A stretch of DNA of 32,000 nt from the NCBI RefSeq assembly GCF_000619845.1, contig NZ_KK211037.1, positions 90,001-122,000 of the forward strand, in the 5' to 3' direction. The position numbers and the translations under genes are program-made. Shown here in pieces: positions 25,934 to 32,000 of the stretch. Position 1 is the first letter of the stretch; each line of letters begins with the position of its first letter. This DNA comes from Alkanindiges illinoisensis DSM 15370. GTDB lineage: Bacteria; Pseudomonadota; Gammaproteobacteria; Pseudomonadales; Moraxellaceae. A model generated the notes under the pieces. That model made no database searches. It was not told where the DNA came from and worked only from the letters and a program-made list of their open reading frames with translations.

Positions 25934-26377
25934 ATGAATCAACAGCCAGCCTTCAATAGTTTGGAGATTGCCACGCCTGTATTAAGTGCAGGCGGCTCAC
26001 AAGTCAAAATCAGTGCTAAAGGCATTGAAGTGATTACTGGCGGCAAGTTTGAAGCCAAAGCCGGGCAGCATCAGTTTTTGGGCGGGGAGAAAATTGATAT
26101 TAGCGTACCAGTATTACCGAAATTTCAGAATAAAAACTGGATTGCTCTGGAGCATCTGGATGCAGATAACCGGCCATTTGCTAATCTGGGCTATAAAATA
26201 TTCTTTGAAAATAATCAGACGATAGAGGGCAAACTTGATCAGCAAGGTAAGGCTTATCATGAAAATGTGCCGGAGCAAGCCATAAAAGTAGAATATGAGG
26301 AAAATACCACAATTAAAGATGAGCCTTGGGATACTTATGATTCTGTACTGGCTCAACTGAATAAGTTTGAAAAATAA
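25934..26377 (+). CDS. stand-alone VgrG C-terminal fragment-like protein with small beta-rich tail domain
   Basis: Residues about 15-63 (VLSAGGSQVKISAKGIEVITGGKFEAKAGQHQFLGGEKIDISVPVLP) read like the last repeat of the VgrG beta-helix/DUF2345 region (compare GGAYLKLEGGNIEL..PG.F.VKA..H.F.GP). The tail contains GYKIFFENNQTIEGKLDQQGKAY, a motif typical of cargo-binding extensions. An in-frame stop at 25901 shows there is no longer vgrG reading frame upstream. Confidence 0.65.
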   Translation: MNQQPAFNSLEIATPVLSAGGSQVKISAKGIEVITGGKFEAKAGQHQFLGGEKIDISVPVLPKFQNKNWIALEHLDADNRPFANLGYKIFFENNQTIEGKLDQQGKAYHENVPEQAIKVEYEENTTIKDEPWDTYDSVLAQLNKFEK

Positions 26378-26401
26378 AATGATTAGTAAAGTGATTACAA
26401 A

Positions 26402-27946
26402 ATGACAGATTTTTTACCCTCAAAGAAAGACTTATTAAATGCATTAGCTTCTATTGCCGCACCTGTTAATAAAGCAATTCAAAAAGGTCAGGAAACGCTT
26501 GAGGATATTGCTGAATGGTTATGGGTAGTTATTCAGGGAGATTTTGCCGAGGAACAAAGCACTGCACAAATTGCCACAGGGACAGTTATTTCAATGATTC
26601 CCTTTGTGGATCAGATCTGTGATGTACGTGATCTTTGTGCGAATTGCATGAAAATTAAGGAAGATATTAATAATCCTTGGGTATGGGTTGGTTTAATCCT
26701 CACCTTAATTGGTTTATTTCCTGTTTTGGGTTCACTGTTTAAAGGCATTTTTAAAGTCATTCTGGCACCTGTGCGCCGTTTTATGCTGCGGCCTGCTACC
26801 AAAGCGCTTCAGTTTACAGGGGGCAATATTTATAAAATGGCTGAACCCGCCATTGAAAGCGGAATTACCGAGCTAAATAAATTTCTAGCCCGTCCAGCTG
26901 TTAAAAAAGCTATTAAAAGTAAAGGCATTACGAATATTTATAAATCCATTGCAACTAAAATTCGTGAAGTAAAAGCAGTTATTTCTACAAAAGAGTTGCT
27001 AAGTGTTTTTGACAAATTACTGGGTTATCTTAAGGAAACCGTTAATTTTATAGATAAATATGCCAGTCGCGGGGTGGGGATTAAAGCAAAAAATATGCTG
27101 AAAGACGTGGTTGAGATAAGAAATCTAGCCAATCAAAAGCTGGGTACATTTTTAAAACCAATACAAGATTTTTTAGAAAAGCTGGCAATCAGAATAGATA
27201 GGGAAAGTGATCAGGCTTTTAAAGCAACGACGAACGTGAGGAATTTGACGCAGTTTAGAAGAGTTTCCGAAGCCGAAGAGTTAGCAGCATTTAGAAAGAA
27301 TAAACCAAATTGGGTATATAAAAAGGTGAAAGGACGTACGTTACCTTTTGAACCCGCAAAAGTAAATCCTAAAACAGCAGTGACACCTTTTCATCCTGAT
27401 CTTAGTGATACGCAGCCTGCTTTAAAAAGCGGTTATGAGCATCCTTTAAAAAGCAAGTACAACACCTTTGCTGAAGGTTTAATTAAGGATAGAGTGTTTC
27501 ACGAAGGTGAAGTTTTGGTAAGAGTTGTAGCACCAGGAAATTTAGATAACAGTATTTGCTGGATGAGAAAATCCGAGTTTTTAAAATTAAAAAGTCGTGA
27601 AGAATGGCGTGATAAATTTGCGGTTTGGGCGAAGTGGAACACGAATGGTGAGTACCTTGAATACACGGTACCTAAAGGAAAAAAGCTTTATGCATGGGAA
27701 GGCCCCGCTGCCTCTCAGCAAGAGGCTGAATTTTATTTAAGAGGTGGTGGCATACAAATTGTTTTAGACCCAGATGACCTTATTTCATCGGGCTTAAGTA
27801 AACGTAAATTAACCGGTTGGGGCTATGGTACAGACTCGTCGATTGGTGAATTCTCCGTGGTTGGTGTGCCTACATTACAGACCAATCTAGGAGATTATAG
27901 TTTGGCTCCGCGCTTAGAGCATAAACCTCAGACTACAGGACATTAA
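26402..27946 (+). CDS. putative T6SS-associated effector/toxin of unassigned family (N-terminal conserved motif plus TM segment, Lys-rich helical middle, C-terminal toxin-like domain)
   Basis: 514 aa. The N-terminal region reads WLWVVIQGDFAEEQSTAQIATGTVISMIPFVDQICDVRDLCAN and is followed by the hydrophobic WVWVGLILTLIGLFPVLGSLFKGIFKVIL (about aa 93-120). The C-terminal domain (about aa 355-470) contains GEVLVRVV...WAKWN...YLEYTVPKGKKLYAWEGPAASQ...GGGIQIVLDPDDL. Its position after a VgrG-like gene and before a tightly coupled small gene supports the call. Confidence 0.55.
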   Translation: MTDFLPSKKDLLNALASIAAPVNKAIQKGQETLEDIAEWLWVVIQGDFAEEQSTAQIATGTVISMIPFVDQICDVRDLCANCMKIKEDINNPWVWVGLILTLIGLFPVLGSLFKGIFKVILAPVRRFMLRPATKALQFTGGNIYKMAEPAIESGITELNKFLARPAVKKAIKSKGITNIYKSIATKIREVKAVISTKELLSVFDKLLGYLKETVNFIDKYASRGVGIKAKNMLKDVVEIRNLANQKLGTFLKPIQDFLEKLAIRIDRESDQAFKATTNVRNLTQFRRVSEAEELAAFRKNKPNWVYKKVKGRTLPFEPAKVNPKTAVTPFHPDLSDTQPALKSGYEHPLKSKYNTFAEGLIKDRVFHEGEVLVRVVAPGNLDNSICWMRKSEFLKLKSREEWRDKFAVWAKWNTNGEYLEYTVPKGKKLYAWEGPAASQQEAEFYLRGGGIQIVLDPDDLISSGLSKRKLTGWGYGTDSSIGEFSVVGVPTLQTNLGDYSLAPRLEHKPQTTGH

Positions 27947-27951
27947 AAACA

Positions 27952-28905
27952 ATGAAAAATTATAGCATTAACCCGAAAGAAGCCTATTTATTAGAGCAGT
28001 TTAGTTCCCTACAGTTTTTTGAAACCATGCGAAATAACTATCATCTTTTTTTAGATGGTTTGGAAGAGTTATTTGAAATTTATATGCATAACTTACCTTA
28101 TAATTTACGAGATTTACCATTACCAGAACAGGCTGATATTAACTGGGGTGGGACTGTCTTGCCGAATTTGCGCGGTACTATGGATCGGATTAATTATGCG
28201 TATGCCAAAATCAAAGCAGGCGATTTTACTTATTTAGATTGTGTTGGAGAGATTCGTTCCAATGATAAAGGTTTAAGTGAGTTTTCTCCGCACTGGATGG
28301 ATGATTTACCCACAGATAAGGTTTGGCAAACTTTTGATTATTATTCGAAAGCAAAGCAGTATGCTTCGATTATTGAATATACATATCCCACATCTTGGAA
28401 GAAAGACTTCCTTGCTAAAGAATTCCCCAGTTTAAGTCTATTTAGTAATATTGATATAGAGTTGCCAGCCTCCTATCCAATTTATCGCATTAATCCTGAG
28501 ATAAAAATTAAAACAGGAGAAAAAGTAGTTCAAAAAGGTATATATATCTGTGAAGAATTAGACATGGGCTTAACATTTATTGCATTTAGTCCGGAGAAAG
28601 ATAATGGTTTAGCACCTGAATACACTCGTCGAAATTCTGAGACGGGTGAAAATATGTACTTTGAAACTATGTGGACTTTGGTTGAACGAATTGCCGATGA
28701 AGGGGGATCTACTGAAACTATTCAGGCTGAAAACTTAAAAGGTTTTGGCGGAGAGATTTGCCCATACTCAGGCCAGTGGTGGAGTCCTGCTAATCAATCA
28801 GAAAAACGTTATTTTGAGCAAGGTGATACTTTTCCTAAACTGAAAAACAATTTCTGGGGTAAAACCATTTGGTATCTGGAAGTGACCAATCAGATTAAAG
28901 ATTAA
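27952..28905 (+). CDS. putative cognate immunity protein (cytoplasmic; C-terminus reminiscent of Imm72-type domains)
   Basis: The start is 5 nt after the upstream stop. There is no signal peptide or TM segment. The C-terminal GEICPYSGQWWSPANQSEKRYFEQGDTFPKLKNNFWGKTIWYLE has the conserved Cys/Trp/GxxxW pattern I associate with polymorphic-toxin immunity domains. This is from recall and is unverified. Confidence 0.5.
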   Translation: MKNYSINPKEAYLLEQFSSLQFFETMRNNYHLFLDGLEELFEIYMHNLPYNLRDLPLPEQADINWGGTVLPNLRGTMDRINYAYAKIKAGDFTYLDCVGEIRSNDKGLSEFSPHWMDDLPTDKVWQTFDYYSKAKQYASIIEYTYPTSWKKDFLAKEFPSLSLFSNIDIELPASYPIYRINPEIKIKTGEKVVQKGIYICEELDMGLTFIAFSPEKDNGLAPEYTRRNSETGENMYFETMWTLVERIADEGGSTETIQAENLKGFGGEICPYSGQWWSPANQSEKRYFEQGDTFPKLKNNFWGKTIWYLEVTNQIKD

Positions 28906-28950
28906 AGAGCAGAATATCCAACTATCTCAAAAACTAATAAAAGGAATATC

Positions 28951-29562
28951 ATGACCAATATCGCATTGTTTGATTTTGATGGCACCATCACGCAGAGCGA
29001 TACATTTACACCGTTTATTTATACAGTGGTCAATCCCAAGCGACTCAGATGGGGCAAGCTAGTATTATTGCCTTATATCTTGGGATACAAACTGGGACTT
29101 TTATCAGGTTCAGTAATCAGGTCAAAAATCTTTAAATTTGGATTTCAGGGAGCTGATGCTGCGCTGTTACGCAAAGCCGGCCTTGAGTATAGCCAGAATG
29201 ATCTGCCACAAGTGCTTCGCCCGAATGCTATGCAGCAGATTAACTGGCACTTGGCGCAAGGCGATAAAATTGTAGTGGTTTCTGCGTCAATGGATGTGTA
29301 TTTAAAGCCTTGGTGTAAATTACATGGGCTGGATTTGATTTGCAGCGAAATAGAAGAAAACCACGGTATGTTGACAGGGATGTATAAGCATCAAGATTGT
29401 AGTGGCATCATCAAGAAAAACAGAATACTTGAAAAATATGACCTCTCTGATTTTGAAGAGGTCTATGTTTATGGCGATACCATTGAGGACAGGGAAATGC
29501 TGTCACTGGGCAGCAAACGGTTTTATCAATGGCAAGAAGTAGGCAATGATTTTTTTGTCTGA
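28951..29562 (+). CDS. HAD-IB family hydrolase/phosphatase
   Basis: Contains FDFDGTIT (motif I), VVVSAS (motif II) and YGDTIEDREML (motif IV), with a cap insertion typical of subfamily IB. AAGGA RBS. Confidence 0.8.
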   Translation: MTNIALFDFDGTITQSDTFTPFIYTVVNPKRLRWGKLVLLPYILGYKLGLLSGSVIRSKIFKFGFQGADAALLRKAGLEYSQNDLPQVLRPNAMQQINWHLAQGDKIVVVSASMDVYLKPWCKLHGLDLICSEIEENHGMLTGMYKHQDCSGIIKKNRILEKYDLSDFEEVYVYGDTIEDREMLSLGSKRFYQWQEVGNDFFV

Positions 29563-29614
29563 AATATAGAATAAACGCAGGCTGGGCATTGTACCCAGCA
29601 GGTTCATGCGTAAC

Positions 29615-30523
<909 letters not shown>

Positions 30524-30614
30524 TTATACATAATTCAAGCGTTAAAAAACTCGCCAAGAATCGCCAAACAAGTATATAGTAAGCGTTCAAGGATCGATAA
30601 CTGTATTAGTGTGT

Positions 30615-32000
30615 ATGGCCATGAGTAGTCAAAATCAGATACCGAGCGGATCTGCAATATTGCTGCGCTTTAGTGACATATTGCGCCCTCAAGTGCTTGC
30701 ATATTTTCAAACCAGATTTCAGTCGTTTCTTGCTGAGCTGCCTTCCTATCTGATGACAGCATGTGAAGGAATACCTGATGGTCAGCAACAGGCCTATCTG
30801 GACATTATTGTATTATTGCGCCATCGCCGTGATGAGATCAATAGTCAGGTTACCGGGCTGTTCAATGAAAAATGGCAAAACTTCCAGCAACTGGCGCATC
30901 AGCCTCAGGAGCAAGGCACGCCTGCGCCTGTCATGTCGCTGGATTCCATTGCACTGGTAGGTTCTGACGAGCTTGAACTGAATGTTGTTATCGAAACCTT
31001 ATCCACCCGTTTGCTGCATCAGGCCGATCAGGTTATTACTGATGCCTTTAACCGCCTGAGCGCTTTGCTGCCTGCCCTGAAATATGCTGACCAGTTGCCT
31101 TTTCATCCCAAGGTCTTATTACACTTGGTGCCGGAGTGCTTTGGTGACAATAACCTGACCATCCTGCAAAAAACTGTCTTGCTGCGGCAGTTTGCCACGC
31201 TGTTGGACATGCGCGAAGTAACTGCCCTGGTGAGTAATGCACTGGAGCAGGCGCAAATACCTGTGCCGGTTGTTGCTACCCGGGTGAGTGATGACAGTAG
31301 CTTTATTGAGGAAGAAGAACCCGATCTGGTGGATGTGCTACGTGATATCCGTGACCTGAACCAGAAAAATGCAGGTAGCGGCTCGGCAGATGGCAGTGGT
31401 AATGGCAATACCAGCGGGCAGGTGACTGAACTTAATACCGATCCGAATTCACCGTTGCTGCAAACCACCACCACAGGTGGCATTGTGGTTGATCCGGCGC
31501 GTCTGGTGCAACAGGCTCAGCATTTTGCCCAGATTAGCCAAAGTGTGGCCAGTGTACCCTTAATGCCACAAAACATTTTTCCGCTGGCGCAGGAACAACT
31601 AATTGCCACCACCGAGCTGATGACCCGCCTGAGCAAGTTGCAGGACATCCAGCCGCTCACGCCAGTGGCCGTGAATGCCGATATTCCTTCCGTGGCTGAA
31701 GTACGTGAGCACATTCGCGGACAATTGCAAAATGATGAAGACACCGTTGAGCTGATTGGCCAGAAAGACACCGATATCATCAATCTGGTATCGGCCATGT
31801 TTGACTATATTCTGGATGATCAGGATTTGCCGACGGCCATGAAGGCACTGATCGGTCGCTTGCAGATTCCCATGCTGAAAGTTGCCTTGCTGGATGACCA
31901 GTTTTTCAAGACTGAAAAACATCCGGCCCGCTTGCTGCTCAATAGTCTGGCCAAGGCCGGGGTAGGCTGGGATGAAAAAGCACCCGCATCGGACATTCTC
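30615..32000 (+). CDS. DUF1631 family protein (5' part; continues beyond the window)
   Basis: Not in the ORF track because it is open at the window edge. Hand translation from ATG 30615 is uninterrupted for 462 codons. It ends ...DLPTAMKALIGRLQIPMLKVALLDDQFFKTEKHPARLLLNSLAKAG, the hallmark DUF1631 motif. It neighbours nadC divergently, as in Pseudomonas. Confidence 0.8.
   Translation, partial: MAMSSQNQIPSGSAILLRFSDILRPQVLAYFQTRFQSFLAELPSYLMTACEGIPDGQQQAYLDIIVLLRHRRDEINSQVTGLFNEKWQNFQQLAHQPQEQGTPAPVMSLDSIALVGSDELELNVVIETLSTRLLHQADQVITDAFNRLSALLPALKYADQLPFHPKVLLHLVPECFGDNNLTILQKTVLLRQFATLLDMREVTALVSNALEQAQIPVPVVATRVSDDSSFIEEEEPDLVDVLRDIRDLNQKNAGSGSADGSGNGNTSGQVTELNTDPNSPLLQTTTTGGIVVDPARLVQQAQHFAQISQSVASVPLMPQNIFPLAQEQLIATTELMTRLSKLQDIQPLTPVAVNADIPSVAEVREHIRGQLQNDEDTVELIGQKDTDIINLVSAMFDYILDDQDLPTAMKALIGRLQIPMLKVALLDDQFFKTEKHPARLLLNSLAKAGVGWDEKAPASDIL

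Overview
The window looks like a chromosomal segment of a gammaproteobacterium. Gene content and local synteny resemble Acinetobacter/Moraxellaceae and Pseudomonas (ubiG-HAD-yciK, nadC next to DUF1631, FabR-controlled desaturase operons). Most of it is ordinary housekeeping: ytjA-like gene, DedA, dadA, guaA, ppiC, argA, argE, yciK, ubiG, dsbA, rph, a PQQ-dependent sugar dehydrogenase lipoprotein, nadC, and a partial DUF1631 gene running off the right edge. I saw no rRNA, tRNA, CRISPR array, transposase or integrase.

Four things stand out.
1. An AT-rich accessory segment at about 25.2-29.6 kb, between the sugar dehydrogenase and nadC. It holds a stand-alone VgrG C-terminal 'tail' minigene, a 514-aa membrane-anchored protein with an unassigned toxin-like C-terminal domain, and a 317-aa cytoplasmic immunity candidate. 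This resembles an orphan type VI secretion (T6SS) cargo module of an uncharacterised family. A divergent 210-aa protein next to it has an N-terminus that reads like a proteasome-beta/HslV Thr1 Ntn-hydrolase.
2. Directly after guaA there are four tandem 60-78 bp repeat units. Each carries an 8-bp stem that differs in sequence but stays base-paired (compensatory changes).
3. There are two paralogous FabR-like repressor / ferredoxin-reductase / membrane-desaturase modules with repeated GTGTACAAGTGTTCAC-type operator boxes.
4. There are small or orphan genes: an AT-rich 211-aa orphan, a 62-aa hydrophilic protein, and a 53-aa ytjA-like gene missing from the ORF track.

Family assignments come from reading the translations against remembered family signatures. 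No database search was run. Hand-derived coordinates of hairpins and motifs may be off by 1-2 nt.
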